Shown here in pieces: positions 13,612 through 27,206 of a stretch of DNA of 64,000 nt (positions are counted from its first letter, which is position 1; each line of letters starts with the position of its first letter). Position numbers and translations under genes: made by a program. Source of the stretch: the human T2T-CHM13v2.0 reference genome, Homo sapiens. The notes beneath the pieces were generated by a model that saw nothing but the letters and a program-made list of their open reading frames with translations, was not told the DNA's origin and made no database searches. The stretch is from the NCBI RefSeq assembly GCF_009914755.1, contig NC_060926.1. One strand, given 5' to 3'.

Positions 13612-16350
13612 AATACCTCAAATCATGATTAACATTTTTGCAAATGATTCTTTATTTTTTCTCCCTGCCACCATTTGGTCCACATTTTAATACCTCCTCC
13701 CTTATTTAAAAATCTAGTAATCATACATAATGAAAACTAAACTTTTCTCCTTAAATATATCCCTGTGGCAAAATTGACAAATATTGTCCCCTGAAGAGGC
13801 TCTCAATGCCCTCAAGGGACATAATTGCTAATTTGTATTTATCCTATTTGTTCATAAGGAAAAAAAAAGAAAAGCAAATACTCATTTTATCTAGAACTCT
13901 AAGTAAAGCATAATACTACTAGAGAAAATATGGTGCAAAGTTAATATCAATATTGTTAACCAAAGTTGAAATGTAAGCGCATATTTGCCAGCTTCTTGAA
14001 ATTAAATCATCTATTCTTCTTCATAAGAGAGAATTTTAAGCAACAATTCCCTCTAGGCTTCATTATTATTCTCAGAAAATTGGTTGATCAGAATCATATG
14101 ACTTAGTATAACAGCAAATAAAAAAGATACAAGTGCCCCAGAGATTGGAGTGGCTCCTGATTGTGAATGAAACCGTTTGGTAAACAGACTTGAATGGGCA
14201 GCTCTGGGTGAATTACAGGCACAAAGTACAGGAAGGGCAGGATTTATACCTAGCATGCACAGCTGGAAGTCAGTAGGCACAAGGACTCTAATATGTAACA
14301 CAAAACCAACTGCCTTATTCTGTTTCATTGAGACTGCCAACTGAGATACATTATTTGACACTGCTACGCAGAGCCAAATCATTCATCAAGCTGTTTAAAG
14401 CTCAGCACACCACCTGTCTATGGACCAGATTGATATAAAAAAATAAAGTGAAAGTTTTTTCAGCCCCGTGACAAAGTGAGGATACTTCCTTTAGAAAGAA
14501 CAAAAGTTATGACATCCTTTGCAAACAAAGTATGCCATAATACCTGAAAGAATAGACAAAAAAGGAGCAAAGAAAATAAAGCAAGTCACTCAGCTTGGCT
14601 GAATGGCAGTAAAAGACACAACTAAAAAGGGGTCATCTAATGTATCACATCATGAGAAATAAAGTGTATTTTCCAGCAGCTTCCAATGTTAAAATACATT
14701 TTAATACCTACGATTACAGTATAACATTTTATGCCTTCATTAGTAATCTCAAGATTCTTGTTTTAAATGGATATAAGACACAATAGAAGAAGGCCAAATT
14801 AGGAGTGACTCATCCTCAAAATATTCACATCTATTTAAAGACTTTTTGCTGCAGCAGCAATAGTATTTTTAAACATTTTAATTCTTTTGAACTTCCTTAA
14901 CCATTATGAAAGTCTGGGGACAGGGTTATTTTTAATTCTAGTGACAGACTCCTCTTTCCAGCTGAACTCAGGGGAAAAAAAGGAAACAGTTTTGTGAAAG
15001 TCTGTCAAACAAGATTTGAAAAAAGAAAATTGGGGCTAATTTGGTTCACTCAAGCATCACTTTTTCTTTCTTTGGAGTACATCAACAAATATCTTTGTAC
15101 AGAAGTCACCGAAGGCCCATGAGTTCTCATGACAGATGACAACTGGTTGGGTGAGAGCATTATTGAAATCCTCAAATGAACTTTGGGAGAGGACTGTGAG
15201 ATTTTAATATGAAAGTCAAGAGTAACCCTAGAGTGAGGAGAATTAAAGACATTTTGATTAGTTATCTAAAATTTAGCATACCATTTACTATGGCATACAA
15301 GTTAAAATAATTATATCTAAATGTATCAACCTAGGTAAACATCCAAAGCTTAATAGTGAATGAAAAAATCAAGGTATACACTGATATGTTAAAGTCTAGT
15401 TACATTTATATAAATGATTAAATGCACAAAGAGAAACACAGCTCATTTTTTTGAATGGATTCTTTATGTATAGTAACAAGGCAAATAGCCTGCTGAAACA
15501 GAATGACCCAAAACTTTTCAGAGGAAGGTTTCATTTTGTGGGGCTCAGAGAGGCAAAATGTTAATTAAAGTTTCCAAGTTGCTAAGAAGGGAGGCGAAGG
15601 AAGGGAGAGAACAAGAGAAATTTAGGGAGGGTAGGTCCTGAGAGCCCGAATAGGGACTGACAGAATGCACTAGGACACCAAGCCAGTATAGACTGAACAC
15701 AGGATCAAGCTTTAATAGGTTGGATTAGCCACAACCAAACAGAAGAGCATGCCCCCCACTTAAACTCATGAACCCTAAATAGTTAAAACTACTGAACTTG
15801 TAAAGTAGTAATGAATACTGCCCCATACTCCTTATATATATTTAATAAAAATTAAGCTGCTTTTTTGGTAAACTGTATTACTCTATTATTCATGTTGACG
15901 TACATAGAATTATGAGCACTCAGATCTCTTAAACTTAGTAACACTAACGTCTGCTTATCATTCATTTTGAGGAAATATATGGATATACTTCAGATATTCC
16001 TTATATTTAACCCCAGATAAAGAGATACTCTACCAGAAGGGTGATGGCTAGGCAAAGTGGTTGACACAGTAATTGTCTTTGACTGTGGAGACCTGTGGTA
16101 ATGGTAACTCAAATATTATTAAATATCAATGGTATGTGATAGCTGTCATGGGCCCACAAGAACAAATCTGTTTTAAGTTTCTTCTGATAAATAATTTTAC
16201 AAAATACCAACATCTGATGAGGATTCTCCATGCCCACGATGGAACAAGATAAAAACAAGAACATTTCAACATTATGCTTGAAGAAATAAAAACAGGCACT
16301 GTGCAAAGAAAACACCAAGCTTGTGGCCCGCTTTGGCTAAAGAGTAACTG

Positions 16351-16658
16351 TAGTCTCTCATTGTCCATGGGGGATTGGTTGCAGGATTTTCACAGATACC
16401 AAGATTTGTAGATGTTCGAGTCCCTTATATAAAATGGTGTAGTATTTGCTTATAACCTCTACACATCCTCCCATATACTTTAAATCATCCTTACATTACT
16501 TATAATACCTAATACAATGTAAACACTATGTTAATAGCTTGTATTTTTAAATTTGTATTATTTTTTATCATTGTATTGTTAATTTTTGTTTTTCAATATT
16601 TTTTATCTGTGGCTGGTTGAATCTGGATGCAGAACCCACAGATATGGAGGGCAGACTG
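16351..16658 (+). mobile_element. MER2 (TcMar-Tigger) non-autonomous DNA transposon
   Basis: gggggattggtt, gtcccttatataaaatggtgtagtatttgc, and terminal ...atggagggcagactg followed by ta. Confidence 0.9.
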
Positions 16659-16875
16659 TAGTTTTTTGGCAGTGATAATTGCATTTTTGCTTCTTTCTTC
16701 TGACATCTTACATAAAAATGTTTTTATGTAAAATGTAATATAAAATCAATGACAGCATAAAAACATCACTGAATTGACTCCTCCCTCAATAACCCAAAAG
16801 AGACCTGCAACTTCCTTGAATTCTCCTCTAAAATCACCATCCAGTTGTTAAACCACAGTGTGTCATCTCCCTTAC

Positions 16876-17041
16876 TGCATCAGTAACAAATCTAACTTAT
16901 TGGGGAACACAAAGTTTTCTTCTTTCCTGGAGCAACCAATATAGGAACACATACACAGGAAAAAGAGACAGAGGGAGAGAGTTGTTGCGGGGTGGTATGG
17001 CAGGGAGTGTAGGGAAGCGGGGGAGAAAGAGCACTCCAGCC
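16876..17041 (-). ncRNA. Candidate exon of an unidentified (probably non-coding) transcript
   Basis: Acceptor tttgcttttgcttacag| and donor GCA|gtaagg on the minus strand in unique sequence. Motif evidence only. Confidence 0.25.
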
Positions 17042-17129
17042 CTGTAAGCAAAAGCAAATGCAAGGTTCCCTTATGCTTAAAGAAACAGATACCATGAAAA
17101 GTTGCAGACCAAAGTATGCATCATACACC

Positions 17130-17673
17130 TGTGTGGAGAAAGAGTTAACAGAGCAGACCTGAGGCTACTGTCTTTAGAAAGACCTGCTTGAAAGAGTTGC
17201 CCTTGCTGACGTCTGGAAACTTTGCTTTTCTAATATCCCCTTAACTGATGAATTTGCTGTGCCTGGACTGTTTGCACATACCATGATCGAAGTAAAGCAG
17301 CTGCTTTACTTCTGGGATTCTGCATTTTGGGTACATGTTAGGGCTTGACCCTGATAAAACCTAGATAAAAGCTTGACCCAGTAAAAACCTAGATATTAAG
17401 TCTCAAATGGGCTTTTTTGGGAAGAAACATTGAACACACATAGCTGACATTTTTGTTGCTGGCTAAATGGTGTGCTCTATGTGACCTCTGATAGGAAGAG
17501 GAGGCACAGAAAGCACATGGACTTCTCAAAATTGTGTAATTTTCCTCTGCTGATAGGTTGTGTATTGTGTCACTGTGATAGATCTTACCCAGTAATACTA
17601 CTATATAAGGAGTCCTGTGATCGCTTCCAGAAAATTGCCAAATGTGGGAGTGGTCTGAGAGACCCAATAAACA
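17130..17673 (+). mobile_element. MER68-like solo LTR (ERVL)
   Basis: Starts tgtgtggagaaagagttaacagagcagacctgaggctac...agaaagacctgcttg, as in the MER68 consensus. Confidence 0.75.
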
Positions 17674-18216
17674 ACTTGGAATTGATAATCTTGAGTGAAC
17701 AGCTGGTTTTACAAAAAAAAAAAAAAATGGTCCACTCTTTTACACAGTAATGCAACTTTAAATTTACTAATAAGACAGAAAATCAGACATATTGTAGAGT
17801 TATGAGAGCGTTATTAAGTTAAGCCAAAACTTGCCTGTTTCTTCTTGTGTCTTTCATTTTTTTTTTAATCTAAAGACTGTGAATCTAAGGACTGCTATGT
17901 AATTATGTGTGGCCATAGTCAAACATGAAAAAGTCAGTGCAGTGAATTTGTTCCTATAAGTGAGTATGGCAGAACATATTGAATAATCTGTCGCTTTTGT
18001 TAATTTTTGGAAGCAAAAGGAAAAAATGCAGATGAGTAAGAAATTGAAATCTGTCATGAGATGTAAAAAACTGTATTCAAGAAATGTACTGACTAAAATA
18101 GCCTTTTATTCCTTCCAGGTAGTATGAGCTTGGAAAAACATTATTATGTCATTCAACAAGAGTCACAGACAAATGGTTAGGGAAGAGAAGACAGTACAGT
18201 AAAGAATGAATCATGC

Positions 18217-18564
18217 CACTAAGGAATAGAGGATTGTTCCCAGGGGCTAGGAAGAGTAATAGGGGAGTGGCAAGGCAGAGATGGGAATGGTTAATGCGTA
18301 CCAAAAAAATAAAAGGAATGAATAAGACCTGGTATTTGATAGCACAACAGGGAGACTATAGTCAATAATAATTTATTTGTACAATTTAAAATAACCTAAA
18401 GAATATAATTGGATTGTTTGTAAAACAAAGAACTAATGCTTGAAATGATAGATACCTAATTTTCTGTGCTGTGATTATTATGCATTGCAAACCTGTCCCA
18501 AAATATCTCATCTATCCCATAAATATATACACCTACTATGTACCCACAATTTTTTTAACTTTAA
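18217..18564 (+). mobile_element. L1MA2/3-like 5'-truncated 3' end
   Basis: gtatttgatagcacaacaggg...actatagtcaataataattta. TSD aatgaatcatgc on both sides. Confidence 0.88.
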
Positions 18565-19047
18565 AAAGAAATGAATCATGCTATTTGAGAGATAATACAA
18601 GAAATAAAATAGACTTTGGGTAAAACTAAAAGGTGACACATATACCTCCCAAGCCCTGTTCAGTAACCATATGTCCATACTATACAAAAGGCTTTGATTT
18701 TCTTGGGATACTGCTAACTATTTAGCTAATCTTCATCTTTAACCAACATCTTCTAAACATGTTTTGCCCTTGTATTTGTTGAAAGTTTTTTTTTTTAAAA
18801 CTTTAATTATAAATTTGTAAAGCATATAGCATTGCTTTAGAATTATAAGAATTCTAAGATAGAATTGTAAGAAACTAAGACAATTGACAGTGATCTATTT
18901 GGAAACACATTTGAATGTTGTATTAATAAATGGTTTCATGTAATGTGAAATGTCTATGAAACTAGATTTTAGCAGTATAGAAGTCCTATTACAGTCTCCT
19001 AACCAGAGACAAGGATCTCTGCTGCTCTGGTAAGTTTATTTCCCAGA

Positions 19048-19635
19048 TGTTATAGAGTGGATATTTGTTCCTCTCAAAATTAATATGTTAAAACCTAATC
19101 CCCAGTGTGATGGTATTTGCATTTGGGGCCTGTGGAAGTAATAGGGCAGAGTACTTATGAATGAGTTTAGGCCCTTATAAAAGAAGCCCCAGAGGGCATC
19201 TTTGCTCCCTCTGCCATGTAAGGACGCAGTGAAAAGACAGACCTATTAATGAACAAGGAAGCATGCCCTCACCAGACACCAAGTCAGCCAGCACCTTGAT
19301 TTTTGATTCCCTATCCTTCAGAACAGTGAGAAATAAATTTGTTGTTTATCAGTGATAGACTGGAGTTCATGTCCTTTCACACTCTGGGGACTGTTGTGGG
19401 GTGGGGGGAGGGGGGAGGGGGGAGGGATAGCATTGGGAGATATACCTAATGCTAGATGACGAGTTAGTGGGTGCAGTGCACCAGCATGGCACATGCATAC
19501 ATATGTAACTAACCTGCACAATGTGCACATGTACCCTAAAACTTAAAGTATAATAAAAAAATATATATAAATTTGTTGTTTATAAGCCATCTAGTCCATG
19601 GTACTTTGTTAAACCAGCCCAAACAGACTAAGATA
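19048..19635 (+). mobile_element. MLT1A/MLT1A0 solo LTR split by a young L1
   Basis: tgttatag...gactaagata termini, TSD ccaga/ccaca, and cctcaccagacacc motif. Confidence 0.85.
19350..19566 (+). mobile_element. Young L1PA2-like 3' end with rearranged 5' junction
   Basis: Near-consensus 3'UTR (gctagatgacGAGttagtggg, so not Ta/pre-Ta), G-rich tract and A tail. Perfect 17-bp TSD ataaatttgttgtttat (19333-19349 and 19567-19583). Confidence 0.95.
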
Positions 19636-22600
19636 CCACATATCTTCCACAAAGATGGTAGGTATGCACGAAGACGACATGTTCTGCAGGTTTCTGATTT
19701 CCTTCCTAGGAAGGAGGCACCATACTACAGAATGGATATTGATAAATGAATGTTTTCAGCAAAATATGACCATACTTTCTGCTGGCATAGTAGCAAACGC
19801 AGCAGTTTCCACTTTAGTGGACAGAGAAAGAATAGCTTCAAGTCTTTTAAAATTTTTTGAAGTATTAGATCTGCAAGCTGAGATAATATAAGTCCACTCC
19901 AACATGGTGATATAGTCATCAACACATTAAGTGGTGATTACTTCTCAGACAAGTCTGTGGATTTATACATGCTTCTTCAGAAAGTACTCTTGAACACTTA
20001 ACACTGAGCAGTGAATATTAGAGCCAACAAGACACAAAAGTTCTTTTCTTCCACCAGAATGACAACGCATTTAAACTTGAAGTGAGAATTATGATTGAAT
20101 AATATGCCCACGTTTTTCTCAGAACCAGAATGAATTCAAGGTAACAGTTTCAATATTGCAGCTTGCCTTTTCTGTTATTCCTCAGCAACCATAATAAATT
20201 TCTAGTTTCTAGTTTCAATCATCATCTTTAAAAGAAACAATTATTTAGATACCACTCAATGAAATATAGACCCAGACTCAATAAATATGAATTAGAATAA
20301 AAACTCCTGTTAGTGTTTGTAGGTGTGATGAGTAGGATAAGCATTTCTTAGCAGACTCTTAAAAGTAGCTTAACTGACTTGTGTTGAAACTTTACTGATG
20401 TATCAAATTCCATAGGATACAATATTATTCTAACTATTTGCATGCCGTTATTGTGATCATAAATGGTCTAGAAAAATAATGACTGAAATGTAAAAATCAA
20501 TATACAAATTTAAGGTATATTGCCATCATTATGATTTAGTTAGTTGCCAATCTTATGTGTTTACCTACGCAGTGAAGGATATGAAGTGGTAAAACAGCAA
20601 GTAAATTAAAATAACGTGGCAGAAAATGAAGTCACTGTTCTTACCGTACCCTACTACAGAGTCTACCAATGCATGTGATAGTTTCATGTCAACGGATTTT
20701 AGAAGCCAGTCCAGTTAAGTTCATTAATAAATTATAGTTGTCAAGTTCTGAGAGATACGCCATAAAATAAATGACTTAAGATGATGTTTTACCTTTGAAG
20801 ATTCTGGTATACTTCAAGAATTTCAACTGAAGTCTTAACTTTCATAACTATTTTTTTAAATACTGAAATGATTTTCCTTAAGTTTTTAGCATGATCAGCA
20901 TCCCTATTCACCGTGATATATGGTCCCTTTTTAGTTGACAGCTGTCAGTCAGGCAAAAACACACATCCATCAATGGATATTTATATTTCAATCAGAGAAT
21001 TAGACATTATGATAATACTTTATGGGAATTAAATAACCGTTGTTTGGCCACTCCCCAAGTAAACCTTTCCTCAGTAAGATAGAAAAACCTGCCTGTTTCT
21101 CAAAATAGCTTTCAATGTATGTACATTAAAAAATATATGACACTATATTACTTGTCAGTTTATGAGGAAACCCAGACTTCCACATTTTCACAAGCTTACT
21201 AATAAGCATTATACTACACATTATGAAACAGATCAAGATAAATAAAATATTCTAAATGACCTAAAAGAATAATTAGCCTACAAGAATAAAAGTTGTTCAC
21301 CAATAATAACAAAATGTATGCAGGAATATGGAAAATACATTTTGGCTTGAGGGGTTTGGAAACCATTAGGAAGAGGCTATAAAAACAGAAGTTCACAGTA
21401 TACCAAAGGTATATTTTGGAAGCAGTGTCATCAGGCGAAAGGAACCATATGAAAGGAAACAAAGTGGTGAGAAAATACAGATCATTTTTAGATAATATTT
21501 AATACCACTGTTGTATTAAGTTCAGGGCAAGTGAAGGGGATCACTGTGAGATGAACCTGGAAAGATAAATGGTTTGAATATGATATTGCAGGCAATAGAG
21601 GTTCATTAGGAGTAGAAAATGATTTATGACTTCTATATTTGCAGATATACCGAATTTGAGGTGATAGTGTGCTTTCAAGAGGAATATTCCCAGTGGTACA
21701 GGAAAAGCCACCCTGGAACAATGAATAGACTGAGCTAGGGGGGTAAAATAAATATTCCAGAATTACCCATACAGATGCTATATGCATTATTTTGGATTTA
21801 TATTTTCAAAGAATTTCTGAAACGTATATACCCATTAAATATAAGAATATAAATAAATCAAGAAATTAAAAGACCAAATTGTTTAGGGAAGACATTTATT
21901 CAACTAAAAAAGAGAGCAGATTAGAATTTAGTGTTTTCCCAGAGCTACATTTTGGACCATATGCTAACTCTTCAGGCACTTGTCTGCTATAAAATCTACT
22001 CTCCCAAATTAATGTACATGAAAATACTTTATGGAATTTTATTTGGGGTTAAATTATATTTTACTATTTATGTAAATCATCTGGCTTAAATTTTTAGAAC
22101 TCTCATTAATTATAGCACATTATACAGTACTTTACCTCAAAATTAATCAATATTTCATGTCTGGAAATTCCCTAATTTTTCCCACAATAGTTTTTGCTAA
22201 ATACTATTTATTTTTCAAATACTCTTAACTCCACAGAAAACTCTTCACATACATCTTCTTTTTTGTATTCATTCTATGGAGTAAGAATGCTGCTTTTGCA
22301 CAGTACTGTGGCAGTAATGTTGGGAACACTGATATTTTAATGCTGTTCTTTTTACAATATTGGTAAAGTTTTATGCTCATGCCATAGTTAACTACTGATC
22401 AACACTTGCTTTTTATTGTTGTTGTTAATATTCTAATCTCCTTATCACCTATAGAGAGAGCTTAAGCATCCTGGGGTAACATTGTTTGGTAAGAAGGTGT
22501 TGAAGTAACTATATTTTTCAAATAAATATTCTTATTAAAGAATAACATTCTTTCTCAATATAAGCCCCCTATAAAATGGAAACAATATGCTAATCCAGTG

Positions 22601-22819
22601 TAGTGCAAAAGCAATACAAAAGCAGCAAAAGTAAATGAGACAGAGAAATGAGGTAGGTGAGGAAGAAAGCACAGGCAGGTAACACAGTGCCAAGTTGCCA
22701 GCTGCATCTCCAGAAGACACACAGAGCTGTTTGATCATACAGGCAGCTCCAGAGAGGCACTGTGGAGTTACTCTGGTGGTCAGGTCTTCTAAATACTTAG
22801 TTGTATCTGATTGTTCTAT

Positions 22820-23020
22820 TAGTTACAAGTTAAGGTGTATGGAAATCTTAGATGATAATTGTAGATTTGTGCATTTCTCCTTTTAGTTCTGTCAATGCTG
22901 CCTTTACTATATCTAAAGCCATGTTACTAGTTATGTACAAATTTAGAACTGTTATATATTCCCGGATGATTAATTCTTATTATGAAACATCCCCCTAACT
23001 CTAATCACATTCCTTGCCTG
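22820..23020 (-). mobile_element. Old L1M endonuclease-region fragment
   Basis: ataattgtagatttgtgcatttctccttttagttctgtcaa is antisense L1 EN sequence. Confidence 0.6.
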
Positions 23021-26000
23021 AAAATGTCAACCTCATCTTGCTGGGCTGGTTTTCTTTTTCTCCTGAATGTTAGACTGCAAATCCTTGCTGGTACAGTACA
23101 TCTCAATGTCCTCAAGAAAATTTCAATTAAAAAAATTTTTGTCCATTTTTTCTACTTGTTCTCAACAGGAGCTTCGATTTAAAACAACTTAGTCTGCTAT
23201 TTCTAGAAATGGAATATGTCAAATGTACCCGCTCCTTACCTCACCAAAGTTGAAAGAAACCAACTTTAAAAAATCATTTAACTTCAGTGCTTTCAGGGAA
23301 AAAACCCAACACAGATTGAATAAGACTTTTAGACTTTTCAGATTTATAAAGCAAACAAAGAGTTCCAAAATATAACTTTAGAAATCTAAGCAACATAATT
23401 CAATTAATTTCTTAAGATTTTATATTTGAATGTTACTTGGCTAAAAATTCTTAAAAACTATTAAGATAACTTTCTTAGATCTTGGTTCTACAATATTTTT
23501 CAGGTTTTTCATCCCTTGAAAAAAGAAAAATGAGTCAGATTCATTGTAAAGGGTTAGACGGTTAGACCTTTTCTTAGCAATGCTTTCTGATGCATTACAC
23601 TTGGAGGAAGAAGATGGATGAAATCCATCTTTTAAGAAAAGATGGAGGAAATCTTTTCTTAAATGAACATTACAATCTAATTGGATATTTGTTAGAATTT
23701 TATTTCATCAGATATTTGAGAAAATAAATGAAAATTCCTTTAATGTGTGTAGCAAATATCAAGAAAAAAAATATAGACTGCCATATACACTTGAGAATAT
23801 AATTCTCACAATCTCAAGAGTTAGCCCACATTGCTACAAATTTTATTAAAGTACTAAAATGAATCCACGAGATCAGAGAGGTAAAATGTAAGTTTCTGGA
23901 CAATTAAACCCTATACCTCCTCAATGGATCACTGTTAGAGAAACACCTATGCTAAACAGTGGGGCTGCATCACTGTGAAATGGTGTGTTTAAGTACTCCT
24001 TCATTTTCTAGGACTAAAATCTAGCAATAGAAGTAAAGCATTTGACCCAGGTATTTCTCATGGTCTAGAATATTACTACAATTTTGGGCCTTTCATTATA
24101 ATTTGGACACCGATTACAAACACATCATTATACAGTTATCTGCATGGAAAACAATTTAGAAGTTTCATTATTAAATGCAAAAATAGAAATTTAAGTATTT
24201 TTGTGTTTAAAATATTAGCATTTTTGTAGTAATAGAGCTTAAAATATAAAAAGCATCTAAGATATGTGCACACTAATGATTATACTTTTGTGACTGCATA
24301 GTGTCACAGAGGTGAAAAACTAATAAAAAATTATCTAATAAAACCAATATACAGCCTAACAAAACACAACTATTTTCTTCCCTTCTGTCATGAAAAATGT
24401 GTGAATACTTCTCAGTACTTACATTTCCCCAATATCAATGAATAATAAAAAACCTTACAGTTAAAAGATAAAATAAATAAAATAAAAATTAAGAAGTATG
24501 TAAAGTATAACAAAATACTATGATTTAACCTTGGTTACATTAGAAAAAGCACTAAAGTGATGATCACTGCTTTAATAACACGCTGATCCTGGCTACTGCA
24601 TGTGTTCTGTTAACACTACTAGAAGCAGGCAGAGACCCACAAACCCAGGCCCATAAAACTCCAGAAAGACAAGCGAAGTATTGTAATTCAGACACAGATA
24701 TGCACACAAACACACAGGCAAAACAACATTGAGACCATAGTGTCTAATGCTGAGGATCCAATATTGGTAGGGTAGTAAGATTGTCTTTGATGGATAAAAA
24801 TGGAAAAATATAAACTTAAACACAATTTCTCCAAATGACTCAAATTTAATGACAGAAATCATAATTATAGCCTTCAACCATGTGGCTTAGTTAATAAGAT
24901 TGACCTACATAATGCAATTTTGAAATTAAAATCCCGAGGGTGTCAAACACTTCAACATTCACAACACTGTCCACTTTCTTTCTATGGGGGTTTGGGGGCA
25001 GGAGGGGTGTGGAGTTGCCAGAAATGGAGCTCTGAACAGGGAAGGAAAGAGAAAGCACAACAGAAGAATCAGGCAGCTGGTCAAACTTTCAAAAAGTAAT
25101 GTTAAGAGCAAATAGATTATGCAGAAGAATAAACCAAAGGAATGATATTCTACATCAAATTTTTTTCTTCACATAGTAAGGCTGAGCAGACCAAAATAAA
25201 CAGCCAGAGAAGTTGGTCATTTTTACTTCACCATTCACCTATCCTAGCCTCATTCTCCCATCTCATAGTACCTTTCTGAAGTATCTGATGTGCCTGGTAT
25301 TGGATTTAGTAAGAGCTATCAATAGTATATGAATAGTGGATATAAGTATTCAAGTAATACAAACCTGCATTTTACCTCTTTACTGCAAAATATCCTATGC
25401 CACATGCCCTTCCTTTTAACCAACTATTCTTTCACATTTTCCTACTGAGACATCAACATGGAAAAGCTAGTTTTTAAAAAAGTTACATATTACCCAAAAA
25501 TAGTATACAGTGGAATACAGACATTCACACTTCAACCCAAAGGAATGAAATTATTATTATATAATTTAGATACAGAAACATGTTGTTAAGGAGAGACTTC
25601 TGTGGCTTTTGCCTGGTCCATCAATGTATATAAGATTGGGACCAACACATAAACTCTTGGAGCTTATAGATCCACATTTCCTCTTCATTTTTTAAAGTTT
25701 TAAAATGTATGCATTTTTGCGAATATCTTACTGAATTCCTGAAGAGTTGGTGATAAAAACTTTTTGCTTTCTGCAAGATGCTATTTCTATCTCTAATTAC
25801 TCATCCAAGAAAGAAACATCTGTTGTTGTTCATTACCATTTTCTTCTCATTTCCTTATAGCCTTTATGTATTTTGAAAGTATCTTGGATTATGTTATTGT
25901 ATTTTTCTAATATTTCTCATTGACATAAATAAGACTCATAGACATTAAAAAGCCAATCTGAACTGAACCACAGAAAATTCAGACAGGGAGCAGTGAGTTC

Positions 26001-27206
26001 ACCCTCCTCAATTTCTTCTCTTTTCCTTTTTTTTTTTTTTACTTCATGTCAATATTTATAATTCTGTTGCATTTTAAAAAATTTCTTTGCAGAAATTAAG
26101 CCTTAATATCGCAGACCAAAAATCAAGTCTCTCTTCTTACCTAGATATTTGGTAGACTTCTTAACTTTTGTCATAAATTATGTGATTTTCATTCTTGAGA
26201 GAAGAAGTAGGATTTGCTCCTCTTACTATTGGCTACATTATTAAGATTTTAATAATGCTATTGTTGGGAAAGATACATACTACAGGATCAATAAAAATAT
26301 TACTTTTAATTTTATCAAAATATGATAGAAGGCCAATTCCATAAGACACAGCATTAGAAGATATCTCAACTATTTGTTATTAGCTTTATATCTTTATTTG
26401 CTTGAGTGGTTTATTTAGGCCCCAAATTATATAGATTATATATTAATATATAGATTAAAATTCTCAAGCATTATTTTGATCTTCTTAACTCATGATACCC
26501 TTTCCTTAAAGTTAACTTTATAAGATGGCCTTTCTTATCTTAGAACATGAAATCTCTTTTGGCCTCCTAATTGTATCACTCATACAATTTATTAGCAAGT
26601 TAGCTCACAGTGTTCTGTTTTATTAGTTTTCTTTTATTGCATATATCCTGTAATTACAACAATTTTTAAATCCTTGAGGAAAAAATCAAGTTCTATTCCT
26701 TGGCAAGGTAAAATTAGCACATTGTCATGCACACATTTATTCAAATAATGAGGTTGCTAAGGTGGGGTGGTGTGGAATCATTATAGCAGCCGAAGATCCC
26801 ACCAAGAACTATAAAACCAATATTGAATACAAAAGTTATATTCTTAAAGGCATCAGAATGCTGCAAAAGAAATAATAACTAGAGACATTAAGTTATGAAG
26901 GGGGTTGAACTTCTCAGAGGTAAGTTGCGAGTCTACAACCACTTTTACCCTTAGGGCCTTTGTGAATTCTGGGTGAGGGCTAGAGGCTACACATCTGGAC
27001 TCGGCACAAACAGAGGGCTACTTCTAGAGAAGAGAAATACCAGCAAAAGTTTTGGCAGTGATATGAAGAAGTGACAAAATTCAAGATTGAAGGACCTGAA
27101 ACAAAGACTGTTTCCTCTCAAAAGACTTGTTTTCCAAATCCTGAGACTACAATGCTGAAGACTAAAGGGCTAAGCCAAAAAAGGCCTTAAAAACAGAACT
27201 TCCCAT

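Noticed and set aside
14053-14382. 109-aa minus-strand ORF in unique sequence
   Set aside because: No recognisable domain, no clear splice context and no true ATG start. The length is compatible with chance.
15500-15900. GC-richer blocks that may be old LTR or DNA-transposon relics (also ~41670-42010 and ~63330-63600)
   Set aside because: I could not assign a family or boundaries with confidence. A Dfam search is needed.
19655-19925. Overlapping 78-aa (+) and 66-aa (-) ORFs with a few CpGs, possible pseudogene fragment
   Set aside because: No protein similarity I can recognise, and no poly(A) or TSD.
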